In this document: piece after piece, positions 30,596-42,900 of the stretch | How positions within the stretch are numbered: position 1 is the stretch's first letter | Layout: every line of letters begins with the position of its first letter | Source: Asterias rubens | Lineage: Eukaryota | Assembly (NCBI RefSeq): GCF_902459465.1 | Contig: NC_047063.1 | Location: forward strand, 16,678,001 to 16,742,000 | DNA length: 64,000 nucleotides | Direction of reading: 5' to 3' | Notes under the pieces: model-generated | Told to the model about the DNA's origin: nothing | What the model saw: the letters and a program-made list of their open reading frames with translations, nothing else | Database searches by the model: none | Program-made: the position numbers and the translations under genes

Positions 30596-33500
30596 TGTTG
30601 TTGTTCCCCTGCCAGTATTCCTACACCCAACCCCAAACCCTCCCAACTGACCCCTACCAGTGTCGCACCCGTAACATCTCCCACTCTCACATCAAGCCAC
30701 AACCTGCGAAGAACTCTAACTATTAACCCGCTTCCGAGGAGTGGATGGATGTTAAAGCAGGAGAGCTTCGTTTGGTATTAAACTTTAGAAATATAGTCTG
30801 TAACGATTTTTTGTTTTTTTTTGTCGAGGGGGATTCTCAGTACCTGCATTTCCTAGAATGGGGTTGAATTCACTGACTGTAAGATCATACGTGTCTCCAG
30901 TGATGCTGAACTCATCGTAGCGAACGCTGGCATTGCTCCCGTCAAATGCCTCCAGATCCACCACCAACTCCCACTTGGTGTTGTCGTTGTCTGTCAGGGA
31001 TCGAAGCTTGCTATTTCCCCACCAGAACTCACCCTCTAGATCACCAAATCCAGCTTCGTAGTCTGCCCAGGTACGATTGAACTCAACAGAGCCGTTGAAG
31101 CGTTTCTGAATAACCTAGGAATGTTAATGATACCAATAAATATAAACAAGTTTTAACTTATTTGAAGCTTTGCCATGGTGTGTATTTCAAGTCATTTATT
31201 GTTTTCCTTTTATTGTAATAAACAATGTAACCCTATCTGTTTTCAATGAGTAACAAAAAGGACAAAAATACAAGGCAAAACAGCTAGAAGTAAATTTTAA
31301 TGAGATTACCCTTCGAGGTAATTGGGATTTAGGTTGGAGTTTTGGGACAACAACAAAACACGAGGCCAGTAATTTTTCTTAAATAGAGAAAACCTGCTTA
31401 AGAAGAAAATCACTGCTTTACGATATTCCGTAGAAAAGAGCAAGCCACGAGTAGTAAATTGTACTTGATACACATAGTTGTCTGGTCTGGCGCATGAAAC
31501 ATGTCATAATAGGCGCCACGTAAAAGTTGAACATGAGTAGAATTTATTACAAAAATCACTTTAAAAAAACGAATTTGAGAGTTTTTACCGTCTTGTTGTA
31601 TTGTTTTAATTGTATTGTAAATTATCGAGCAATCCGAAATGGATGTATACGTACAATGAACCCTTCGCCACCGCTCTCCGTTGAGTTTAAGTCACAGAAG
31701 GCCTCTGTGGAATTACCATCAACTAAGATGTTGTGCACTCCATCAGTATCGTGTCCCGAATCGAGGACATCCTGACAGTCATTGTAGACTGGGATTGCAG
31801 TTGTACTAGGGGCTGCAGAAGTAGCTTCTGTAGAACGAACACACATGCACAATGTTATGGAAACCAGCGTGGAAAAGGTTTGTTTTAAACTCAACAATGT
31901 TGAGCCTGACAATGTGTGGACAATGTGTGGACAATGTCCATGTTTTGTGTGATCAACCGTAGAGGGCGGATAACAAACACAACCGCCTTCACAGTGTTTT
32001 TTTTTAGGATAGGAGTTTAACGCATAGTCCTTAAAGGCAGTGGACACTGTTGGTAATTACTCAAAATAACTATTAGCGTAAAACCTTACTTGGTGACGAG
32101 TACTGGGGAGATGTTGATAGTATAAAACTTTGTGAGAAACGGCTCCATGTGAAGTAACGTAGTTTTCTAGAAAGAAGTAGTTTTCCATGAATTTGATTTC
32201 GAGACCTCAGATTTAGAATTTGAGGTCACGAAATCAAGCATCTGAAAGCACAAGGGCTACAAGGGTTTTTTTTCTTGCATTGGTATCTTACAACTTCGAC
32301 GACTAACTAAACTCAAATTTTCACGGGTTTTTTATTACACAACTTCAATCAAGTTAAGCCTTTAGTGAGGCATCTGAAAACACACAAATTTGTGGAACAT
32401 TTGTGTTTTTTCTTGCAACTTCGATGACCAATTGAGTCATAATTTTCACAGAGTTGTTATTTTATGCATGTGTTGGGATACACCAAGTAGACTGCATGGT
32501 CTTTGTCAAATTAACAGCACATCCTCACAATTACAATTAAATGATCTTTGAAATCAAATTTATCTTTAAAACTGCATCATCGATGAGTGGGGACAACATA
32601 AACCATTGCTATTGATCTTGTCGAAGTGTTTTTCTCTCTTAAACCCGGATTACATTCTTACCAGTTGTAGTTGACTGACGGTTCAGGTTATCACCTTGCG
32701 TGCTTACATCGTATAAGAGTACATGAGAAAATGATTGGTATGTTTACAGTAATGTAATGTTTGGCATCCTACCTTTTTGAAGGGAGCGAGGATGTAGGGG
32801 CCTTCCCTCTTTAATCCATTTTTTATAAAAAATTTGCTGCCAGGCTTTTTGGGGGAATTTCAATTAATTTTCTATAGATTTTATATATAAAATTGATATG
32901 GTATTATTTGATAAGCTGTTTTCCAATTTTTTTGTGACGTTTTTGTCATTGTACCATTTTGTGCCTTTGTTATTTTTATTGTCTGGATCGCCTTTAGATA
33001 GTGATTATTTTCGCTATTTGGTTATCCGCAGGCTTGTTCTCTGTGTAGTCATATTTTTGTTGCATATTCTTTGTATGCACTGTTTGCCTGGAAATAAATA
33101 AACAAATAAATAAATGTATCAAACAGATGTTTGATACGGAGCTCAGAAACCAATTGCCACACCCATTCTCTTGAACAACCTTCCCGCCCACATCCGTGCC
33201 TCAACTACACTGGACTCATTTAAGGCGGCTTTCAAGACCAACTTATACAAATCCAAGTAAGCTTGTTTAGTTTCAGCTATTTCATCCCTCTTAAAATTGT
33301 CATTTTGTTGTTGTCGTGCATTTTGGGGGTCTTTATATATAAGTGTGTTTTGTTATTTTTCGTTTCAGCGCCTACAAACCCTGTATTAAGCGCTATATAA
33401 ATGCATGTTATTATTATACCAGCTTTGCTTGGAATCCTGAGATAATTAACTGCAAGATGATGATATCACCATCTCAACATGTCGGATTCCACTCTCAGAG

Positions 33501-36500
33501 CTCCGTATAGTTATTATGTTTTCCAGGATTGCGATCTTACCTAGTGACGTTGAAGTTCTCTTTGGGTCTTCACTTTGAGCGTTTTCATTTGGACATCCTT
33601 GTGATCTACGGAGTCCTTCAGGGTCCTTTGGAAGAGTGTCGATGTAGACGGGTTGGTCCTTCCTAGGCGGTGCATAAGCGTTGTGTCCGCCCAGCATGAC
33701 TTGAGTGCAGGAGCAAGGATCGCCCGGTGGTAGAACGAACCGTACCCTGCCGCCTGCAGATTCATCTGGTTCAGTACCAAGTACACAGACACGGGCTGCC
33801 ACAGAAGTAACTGTTACCAATGGAAGAGGTTGCCTCAATAAAAATAATTAGTATGCACAAATAAACTTTTTGGGGGCTACTTCTGTTTTTATTAAACTAT
33901 GTGACATGTAGAATGTACGCAAAATCATAGGTGAAAACAATTCAGCCGCACATGTTTTAAAACACAATATCGAAAATTACCCTACTGATATATACACAAT
34001 GACAAACAACTATTAAGTTTGAGTCATTGATTTTATATTATTTTTATTTTATTTTTCTGACTGGCTCTTTTTTTGCTTTGTTGTCTCTGCTGTTGTGACC
34101 AGTGGTTTAATGATGTTGTTGTTTTATATTGGTTTTGTTATTTCACCTTTTCTTCTAAATGCACTATACTTGTTTTTATTAATACATACATTGTCTAGCC
34201 TAATAGCCTTAGACTTCAAAACATGGCCTCTCATAAAACTCAAATTCCGGCCCCAAGTAGGAATAATTACAGCCATTAAAATTAAAAGGTTGGCTCAGAT
34301 TAATCAGCAACACGTTCTTTGCGACAAGGGATTGATGAATATTAACAATATTATATTTCTTTGTGATGGCGATTTTTTTTTTAATAAGCAACCTTGGCCC
34401 TCAATCGATGTAGTCACGTTCTGGCAAGCGCATTGGCTTAATTTTCCACGAGTTAAGATCTCCAGCACAAAATTATAATGAGTAGCTTTTACCGAACGTA
34501 AAAATCAATTCATCTTTTTTTATTGTGTATTGTCATCATAATTTGTTTTTAAATTAACTCAAATATTTGTCACAGGTCTTTTTATTTTAGTTATGGTCGA
34601 TCAGGCAAACTCATGTTTGTGTCTCTGTGACTATTTTGTCAACTTTACCAAAGCTTTATTTTAGAAAGGATTATAATCGATTTTATAGTGCACGTTTTAT
34701 ACCAAATTCGCTCTCCACCGAGTTGGTTGTTATAATGGTCATTAACTGACTTGTGGAGTAAACACTTAATTAAGATATGGCAATTAGTTAATTTCTTTTT
34801 CAAATTTCAGTTTCTACAATTATGCCTTGTTAAGTAAGAAAAATCTGCTCTCAAATTTGCTGTTAGGTAAATCCAGTATTCTACTACAAAAGAGGTTTCT
34901 TTTGAGGGTATGGTTAGACTACGTAAATTACTGAGGTTTGAGCGAGCTCACGCGCCGTTTTTTTTGCGCGTTGTGCACGATGTGAAGTGAGGCTGTGCCA
35001 GACAACCGCGAAGTTGTCAGGCTCTAGCTGATGCATCTACCCCTTCAAATCAATTGACAAGAATAAAGGAATTTGCGGCTTCTTCAGTAGATTTTTATTA
35101 AAAGTATTGACAGCAAATTCCTTACAATGAGGGCAATGCAATACTACAATTTCCCTGCACTTAACACTTGACATCGTACGTGTGAACATTCTCGTAGAAT
35201 TTCCTAGTTTGTGGAACTTAGTTTGGTTTCTGGCAGTTTATTCACGGGTAAGTTCTCTAGTACAAATTCCACAATATTTATTCCCTGATTTGGAGAAAGA
35301 AAAGCCTCGATTGTACAAAGAAATGCAACAACAATCATGTATTTTTAACGCACGTTGATATTGCACAACGCTTTTTCTGTTGACGTTAAATACCCATCTC
35401 AGGTCACGTGACATTCTGTCTGTTGTTTTCATTCATGACAACAATTAAGCAATTAACAAATGTAATTTTACTTTGAATGTTTACCTTCAAATGTCTCAAG
35501 TCTTAGGCAATGTAGCAAACACACGTCATACAACCGATTTAAATTATAATAAATTGTATTGAGAAAAGTCTGCTAAGCTGTAAATTGGAGCAAAAGTAAT
35601 GGTATTTAACAACGTATACTTTCAAGACAGATGCACACGATAATTTATAAAAACAGCATTTTAATTTCTATGGTATTTCTAAGGTTTTCCGGCGTATTTC
35701 AAAGAAAATCCATTCATTTTAACACTCAACTTATTTAGTTACGTTTGGAAATGATTTCTCCTTTGAATCAGCATTAAACAGTTAGAAGGAGTAATTCAAT
35801 TGGATTAGTTATCCATTCACATGTCAAAATAGTTTTATCCATTTTCTGTCTAGGCAGCAAGACTCATTCAATTTGAATGCCTGTTGTAAAAATTGTATAT
35901 TATTGAACTTTTGCTGAAATCTACCGTGAAAACCTATTGAAATGTATTCATAAAAACCGCAGACAATTTCGCTATTCATATTGGTGGAGAGCGCGTCACG
36001 TGGGGTGTTGAAACCTTTGATAATGACCCGTGTTTATGACCGGTTGTGAGCGGGACAGTTTCTTCATTCCTATTGGTCGAGAGCAACGGCTGGAACAGGT
36101 TGTGCCACATCAAGCGATGTTTTGGATTGTTAATGTTATTACCATTAAATTTTTATTAAAAAGTTGTTATCTTGAAATTCATGTTGTGGTGGCCAAGTCT
36201 CAGTATTTATGATGTGTCCATTTATTACAGCCCTAAACTCCATGAAAGAACACTTCGCTAGTATTCAACCCAAGCATTGTGTATATTATTACCAGTTTTA
36301 AAGGCAAACAGTTTACATTAAAAATAGGTAACTTTACTTCAAAATTAATTAATTATTTTACATGAGTGGGTTTATACCCAGCAATTCAGTAAAAAAACTA
36401 CCCAATATTGATGTTAAGTTTTACACAACTATTTACATTGTAAAGCGGTAAAGTCTTTACTTCAAAATTAAGTAATATTTTACATGAGTGGGTTTACCAA

Positions 36501-37469
36501 ACAATTCAGTAAAGAAAACTACCCAATATTTATGTAAACTTTTACACAGCTATTAAGCAAGACATTACTCAACGCCTGTTGGGTAAAAAAGTTTTACCTA
36601 ATCGTTATGGTGTTCGCCCACAACATCTAAAACAGGTAATAATTTACACAAGTTGTGTAATCTTTTCTCTGTGTGTAGTGGTTTAAACCCGCCGAGGGCT
36701 GGTTCTTGATAATTTACCTCGACTTCGTCTCAGTAAAATTATCAAGAACCAGGCATCAGTTGAAAACTTCTCACCACACATTGATTCCATTATTTATGTC
36801 GAAGGAATTAATTTAAAGACCCTGGACACTATTGGTAATTGTCAAAGACCAGTCTTCTCACTTGGTGTGTTCTCAACATTATATGCATGAAAAAACAAAC
36901 CTGTTAAAATTTAAGAACAATTAGTAACCGAAGGTGCGAGACTATAGTGAACAAAAAACAACCTTGTTACACAAAGTTGTGTGCTGTCAGATGTTTGATA
37001 TCGAGACCTCAATTTCTAAATCTGAGGTTTCGAAATCAAATTCGTGGAAAATTACTTCTTTCGAAAACGTCACTTCAGAGGGAGCCGTTTCTCAAAATGT
37101 TGTATACTATCAACAACCTCTTCCCATTAAGCCCGGTTCATACTTCCTGCGAATGCGTATGCGATACGAATGTTGACGTCACAAATTCGCAACGAAAAAT
37201 TCGCAGCAGTTGCCCTTTGCTCAACTCACTTGCGAATATCGCTGCGAAAGGAGGGTTGTGACGTCAAATTCACGTCAAATTCGCTTCGCATTCGCATTCG
37301 CATTCGCATGAAGTATGAACGGGGCTTTACTCGTTACCAAGTAAGATTTTATGCTAACAATTATTTTGAGTAATTACCAATAGTGTCCACTGCCTTTAAC
37401 TTTAGATTTACCTTCTATAGCAGCTGTAACAACGAGTAAGAGAGTAAGAGTCGGTAGCAACAGATCCAT
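29727..37469 (-). CDS. Secreted fibrinogen-related domain (FReD; ficolin/fibrinogen C-like) protein, about 356 aa
   Basis: Minus-strand exons: 37469-37412 (signal peptide MDLLLPTLTLLLVVTAAIE), 33810-33541 (acceptor uncertain), 32694-32662 (33-nt micro-exon), 31827-31655 (YNDCQDVL...FCDL), 31114-30844 (VIQKRFNGSVEFNRTWADYEAGFGDLEGEFWWG), 29992-29727 (FTTKDEDND...CAAKFNGGWWYNKC...SNLNG, TAA). Phases are consistent. The three C-terminal exons are firm; the N-terminal joins are inferred. Confidence 0.85.
30340..30606. repeat. Compound (GTT/GCT/GTC)n trinucleotide microsatellite in a FReD intron
   Basis: Long pure (GTC)n core at about 30540-30594. Confidence 0.95.
32031..32515. mobile_element. 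Kolobok-like MITE, degenerate copy
   Basis: Intact left TIR and family internal sequence; right TIR decayed. Confidence 0.75.
33150..33417 (+). mobile_element. CR1/L2-clade LINE 3' remnant
   Basis: Encodes NNLPAHIRASTTLDSFKAAFKTNLY, followed by an AGCGC...AGCGCTATATAAAT...(TTA)n tail. Confidence 0.6.
36330..36555. repeat. Approximately 123-bp tandem duplication
   Basis: CTTTACTTCAAAATTAA...TACATGAGTGGGTTTA...CAATTCAGTAAA...CTACCCAATATT occurs twice. Confidence 0.8.
36813..37399. mobile_element. Kolobok-like MITE carrying a nested Harbinger-like MITE
   Basis: Family TIRs at both ends; the internal sequence is interrupted at cccatta|ctcgttacc by the 37130-37326 element. Confidence 0.85.
37130..37326. 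mobile_element. Approximately 195-bp PIF/Harbinger-like MITE
   Basis: TIR AGCCCGGTTCATACTTC / GAAGTATGAACGGGGCT with a 3-bp TTA duplication (37127-37129, 37327-37329). Confidence 0.8.
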
Positions 37470-38008
37470 GCTGGAGTCCACCACACAATATTTGCTGTTA
37501 CAAACAATAACTGTTAAGTCAATGCGTCTCTACTAAGTCATCAACATCTATAACGTTTTCACATAAGGTTGTTTGCTTTATTCTTGAAGAAAACACAATC
37601 TGACCTACTGGAGCAGCGACTGACGCTTGAATGCCGAGCTCAACTAGTTACAGCCATGAACAATCAAATAAAAACGGTTTGCTAAGATTTATCAGCAACA
37701 CGTTCTTTGCTGCAAGGGTTCGATGGAAGAGGGATTAAAAATAGACTCCATTGTTGTTGTTTTTTTCTCTCTTTGTCATAAGCAACCTTGGCCGCCAGTC
37801 GCTGCGCTGTCACGTTCTGGCTAGGAACTGGTTTAATCTCCAGGAAAAATTACGATAAACCGTTTTTTACCTAATATTTTAGTTATTTCTCTGCTATCAT
37901 TTTTTTTTGCGTATATTATTTGTCAAATTGATTTTTGTTCCTCTCCAGTCCTCAAGTGATGGTACGTCAAACAGTTTCCATGGCAACATTATACATGAAC
38001 AGTTACCC

Positions 38009-38405
38009 TTAAAGGCAGTGGACACTATTGGTAATTAGTCAAAATAATTGTTATCATAAAACCTTTCTTGATTACGAGTAATGGGGAGAGGTTGATGGTA
38101 TAAAACATTGTGAGAAACAGCTCCCTTTGAAGTGACGTAGTTTTCGAGAAAGAAGAAATTTTCCACGAATTTGATTTCGAGACCTCAGATTTAGAATTTT
38201 AGGTCTCGAAATCAAGCATCTGAAAGCACACAACTTCTTGTGACCATGGTGCGACAAGGGTGTTTTTTCTTTCATTATTATCTCACAACTTCGGCGACCG
38301 GTTGAGCTCAAATTTGCACAGGTTTGTTATTTTATGCTTGTGTTGAGGTACACCAACTGTGAAGGCTAGTCTTTGACAATTACCAATAGTGTCCAGTGCC
38401 TTTAA
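38009..38405. mobile_element. Kolobok-like MITE, full-length copy (opposite orientation to the 29093 copy)
   Basis: Same TIRs, TTAA flanks and internal sequence. Confidence 0.85.
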
Positions 38406-39637
38406 AGGGCTTACAATAAGACGGCGAACGGGAAAAGTACAATTTCCATGACTTTTTTTTCCTCGCAGCTATGATGGCTTGTGTTGCGAACTTTTGGTTT
38501 TGGTTCAGATGTTTTCTTACACAAAATATAATTACTATACCATACCAGCAACTACAGTCATTATACGGTCGTAAACATTGCTACTACGCGACATGCCTTA
38601 TTATAATAGATAACCTTAGACGTTATACACTGATTGTTCACAGATGTTAACTAAATCTGGTCACCTTTTTTGAAATCACCTGTTTTAAATACGAACGCAA
38701 ATTTGATGGATCATAGTGTGTAGGACACAATCGGTCACAAACACTGGACTGTTATAAAAAAAGGTCATACATAATCTTTCGTCAGAAACAATGGGTCGCA
38801 TAATACTAGACAGTCAGAAAAAAGGGTCTGGCATAGCAGTGTGTCGAACACACAGAGGTGGATCATAATGACTTGTAAAATAACATGATGGGTCAGACAC
38901 AACGGTTTGTCGCACAGACTTGGTAGTACATTATGGGTTTTTTGGTCACAATGGGTTGCCACGCTCTTTGATGTCGGAATTTAAAATTCGAAATTCATTT
39001 CGGCGGCCACTATGGTCCATCTCAGACATAAGCATGTGCCATCTTTCAATTCGACTAAATTCAATTCATTGTTTTAATCACCCTCAGTAGGCAAATACAT
39101 CAGTTGACAAGCTCCATAGAAAACATTTACTAATTATGATGGCAAGAAATATACAGTTATACAATTAAATATAAAGATTATTTGACAAATGGGAAGCAGA
39201 TATGTAACAATGGTTGAATTATATACAAGTGAATACATATAAAAGTGACTATCAACAAAAACCATTAATCTAACGTACTTTATTATGAACCACAACACAA
39301 ATTATACATATACAGTGTAAACAGATAAACAGTGGCTAACCAGACCTCCAAATAGCTCACATCCAGCACACGAAAACAGTTGAAAACAAGTGCAAAACGT
39401 CAACCATTCAGAAGTCTTTGTCTCTGTCGTGCCTATTTCACTCCATTGCGGGAGGAAAGCCTCTTAACCAATTCTCCAATTTACTCTATTCTTCACTGTA
39501 TTTTGCCAAGCAATGCCCCGATATATACTAATGGTTCATCTCTCCATCTTCTTTTTTGTCTTCCTCTTTTTCTAGTCCGGTTTCTTGGAGTCCAGTTGGT
39601 TGTTTTGCATGCCCACCTGTTGTCATGCAGATGACCT

Positions 39638-39805
39638 GCCGTCGATTTCACCAAACTCTTCCTAACTTAGGATTAATCTTAGGACTTAGGACGGTTTCAG
39701 TTCCGTGTCCAAATACGTCGGACACATTGAACTCATCCTAAGTTAGGACGGGTTGCTCGTCCTAACTCGAGATAAGATTGATCCTAGCGTTTCGTGAAAT
39801 CGGCT
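39638..39805. mobile_element. Second copy of the approximately 170-bp palindromic MITE
   Basis: Reverse-complement homologue of 1021-1188. Confidence 0.75.
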
Positions 39806-39922
39806 CACCTCCCCTTCTTTGATTTAATCGTCTTAATAATACTCAGCCATCTAAGTTAGCTTTAAAATGCAATCTGACTTTCTAAAGAACGGTTAATAAG
39901 GTGAAAGCTGTGCGTCCTCAGC

Positions 39923-42900
39923 TCAGGGTCGCATGTCGGCACAGAGTTCGAAGGGACCGGGGGTCAACACGAGTCCGCCTTCTCCCTCTAGTGATGGGAT
40001 CGATTTACCCTCTGGGAACGAGAAAGTGAACCGCTGAAGCATGTTGACAAAGAAGATGAACATATTCGTTTTGGCGAATTTCTCTGCCATGCAGACACGG
40101 CGACCTGTCACGAAGAGAGCAGGGGGAAGAAGGGAGGTGTAAGGCACCAAAGCAAAATCTCTGTACCAGTTTTATTTTGGCTTTTGCGGGTTTTTATTAC
40201 ATTCGTGTTTGGCTATATATATATATATTTTTTCCCTTCCTCTTGTTGTTACGGTGTTTTGTTGTGGGTGCTGTTTCAGCAATAATCTGGTTTTGCTTTT
40301 GTTATAATGTTTTCTAATGTGATTTTTTTAATATTTGAGTGCAGTCTCCTTTTTTATATGATATAATAATATTTGTATCGTTGCCAGGGGTTTGGTTTTA
40401 CACATCTCTTGATGACAATTTTTATATTTTTGTTTTAACCTCGACAGCCCCTGTCCAACTTGTAATCATTGTGTATTTCTAAAGATTTCAAGTAAGTCAA
40501 TAGAATAAATAAAGGGCCACGCCAGGTCTTGGATATCAAAACAAACTAAAAGACTGGGTGGTGCAATAACCTTGCGTGATGCCGTCGGATACTTTATCAA
40601 GAAAAGTTTTTAACTAAATCGAACTCAGCGCATTCGGACCGTGCAATATGAACTATCAGAAGCGTTCAGTGTGAACCGGATATGTTTGTAAAGTTGTAAA
40701 GTAAAATGTTTCATAAAACTATTCATCGAAACTATGTTCGTGAACCAACGAAGTCCTTCTGTTGATAAAAATAATTTGACTACACAAAATTACGATGTTC
40801 GATCCCTTTTATACATATTCTGTTTTCTTGATATTCGTATTAAAATTAATTGTTTATTTTTCATGATGGAGAAATAAAATGGGTATTGTAATTCCACTCA
40901 AAGAGCCAAATCTTACCAGTACTGAAGTTGAGGAGAGTGTCATGTTGAACGACACTCTTGCCATCAGCAGAGAGGAACCGGGCTGGGTTGTATTTCTCTG
41001 GCTCTGTCCACGTAGCAGGATCATGATGTACTGCCCAGATATTCAGCACAACGGCTAAAATACAAACAGAAAATAATAACAAATCTTCATGCACGAACTA
41101 AGGCTTTTTCGTCAAAAACTCAATTAGTTCCCATTCCCATGTAGTAATATTGTTTTTTTACTAATAAATTTGTTGTACTGAGGGTCTCCATGGACAGCAG
41201 TTTCGGGCGCTGGTCGGACCTTACCCTCATTTAAGATGAAATCAATTAATAAATAAACAAAAATTATAGAATCCCCTGTAACTGTTTAGAACATTTGCGT
41301 GACTTTCATTGGTGAGGGCTGGTTATACACCAAGTTTGACGGCACATGTTAGTTGTTTCACTGGTTTCTCCGAAACGAAATGCCCCGAGGGATTCAAAGT
41401 CACTTTTTAAGGGACTAATCAATATTTTCACACTTTTGTACCATGTATACATCTTACACAAAATAGTGCAGACCCGGAGACCTACCAATATCCAACCCTC
41501 TTATAAGTGGAGCCATGTTCTGTAGCAGGCCTTCACATGACTTGCAGACAGTCAGTTATCCCCGCAGCCAAACGTATTGTCTTACTGGGAGGCAGTAACT
41601 AGTCAAACCCGGCCCGTCTCGGTTTTTGTGGGTTACTCATTCACTTAAAGGTTTTATTAAAATTCAAAATATTTTGAAAAACAGGCTTTACTACGGAACC
41701 CACATGAATACAAAAAAGATCTCTTTTATCGCGTACGTACTCAATAAGCCTATAAAGTTTGTTGTGTACGTACACGACAAGTCCAACGCAGTACGGTGTA
41801 CATACACGGCAATTTATCGTATAATATGTACACGATAAATCAAAGCCTATCATGTACGTACACAATAAATCCAAACCTATCACGTACGTACACGATAAAT
41901 CCAAACTTATCATGTACGTACACAATAAATGTACAAACTTACCATGTACATACACGATAATTCTAAACTTATCATGTACGTTTACGTTTATTTAAAGGCA
42001 GTGGACACTAATGGTAATTGTCAAAGACTAGCCTTCACACTTGGTGTATCTCAACATATGCATAAAATAACAAACCTGTGAAAATTTAAGCTCAATCGGT
42101 CATCGAAGTTGCGAGATAATAATGAAAGAAAAAAAACCATTGTCACACAAAGTTGTGTGCATTTAGATAGTTGATTTCGAGACCTCAAGTTCTAAATCCG
42201 AGGTCTCGAAATCAAATTCGTGGACAATCAGTTCTTTCTCGAAAACTATGGCACTTCGGAAGGAGCTGTTTCTCACAATGCTTTATACCATCAACCTCTC
42301 CCCATTAATCGCCACCAAGAAAGGTTTTATGCTAATAATTACTTTGAGTAATTACCAATAGTGTCCACTGCCTTTAAAAAAAAATCACGATAAATCAAAC
42401 TTAACAAACTTCGTGTTCGGACAGAGAAAAAACAACTATGTTTTTTAGAGGCATTACGCCCCGTACTTTATGAAGTTCCATTCGCAATGCGTATTAATTT
42501 CTCACTAATTTCACTAGGTGTCCTTTACGTACTTGTGTGTTTTGGAATGGTGTAATCACCCAGCTTGGTCTGCTCCCTCGTATAGTGAGGCAGTGCCGTG
42601 GGAGCTACAGGACGCATGCGCTGTACCTCCAACATGACGGCATTGGTGTACGGCATGTTAGGACTGTCAGACATCGATGGCTGCCGACTTCTTGCTATGA
42701 CGTCATCAATCTCTGCTTGAACCTGTATGATATAAATTAAATGCTTTGCACGTAAATTTCCATTGTGAATACATAATAAAAACATTTTTCGAATGGGACG
42801 TTAAGCCACTGATCCCGTGTAAAACCCGGTTCATACTTACTGCGAATGCGAATGCGAAGCGAATCTTGACGTCACAAATTCGCAACGAACATTTCGCAGC

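Noticed and set aside
30339-30726. Poly-Val, poly-Arg, poly-Thr and poly-Ser ORFs
   Set aside because: These are translations of a (GTC/GTT)n microsatellite inside a FReD intron.
35040-35190. Minus-strand short ORF (MSSVKC...CPHCK) as the first exon of the FReD gene
   Set aside because: It has no signal-peptide character; 37469-37412 gives a clear signal peptide with a phase-compatible donor.
36934-37373. ORFs in the ORF track overlapping MITE copies (also 38072-38311, 42706-43018, 46675-46890, 48800-49174)
   Set aside because: They are chance open frames in non-autonomous repeats; frames are not conserved between copies.
41626-41990. CRISPR-like array or repeat-protein ORF
   Set aside because: It is a contiguous degenerate 30-bp tandem repeat with no unique spacers, in a eukaryotic intron, with no cas genes. 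The same applies to 11225-11760 and 57115-57955.
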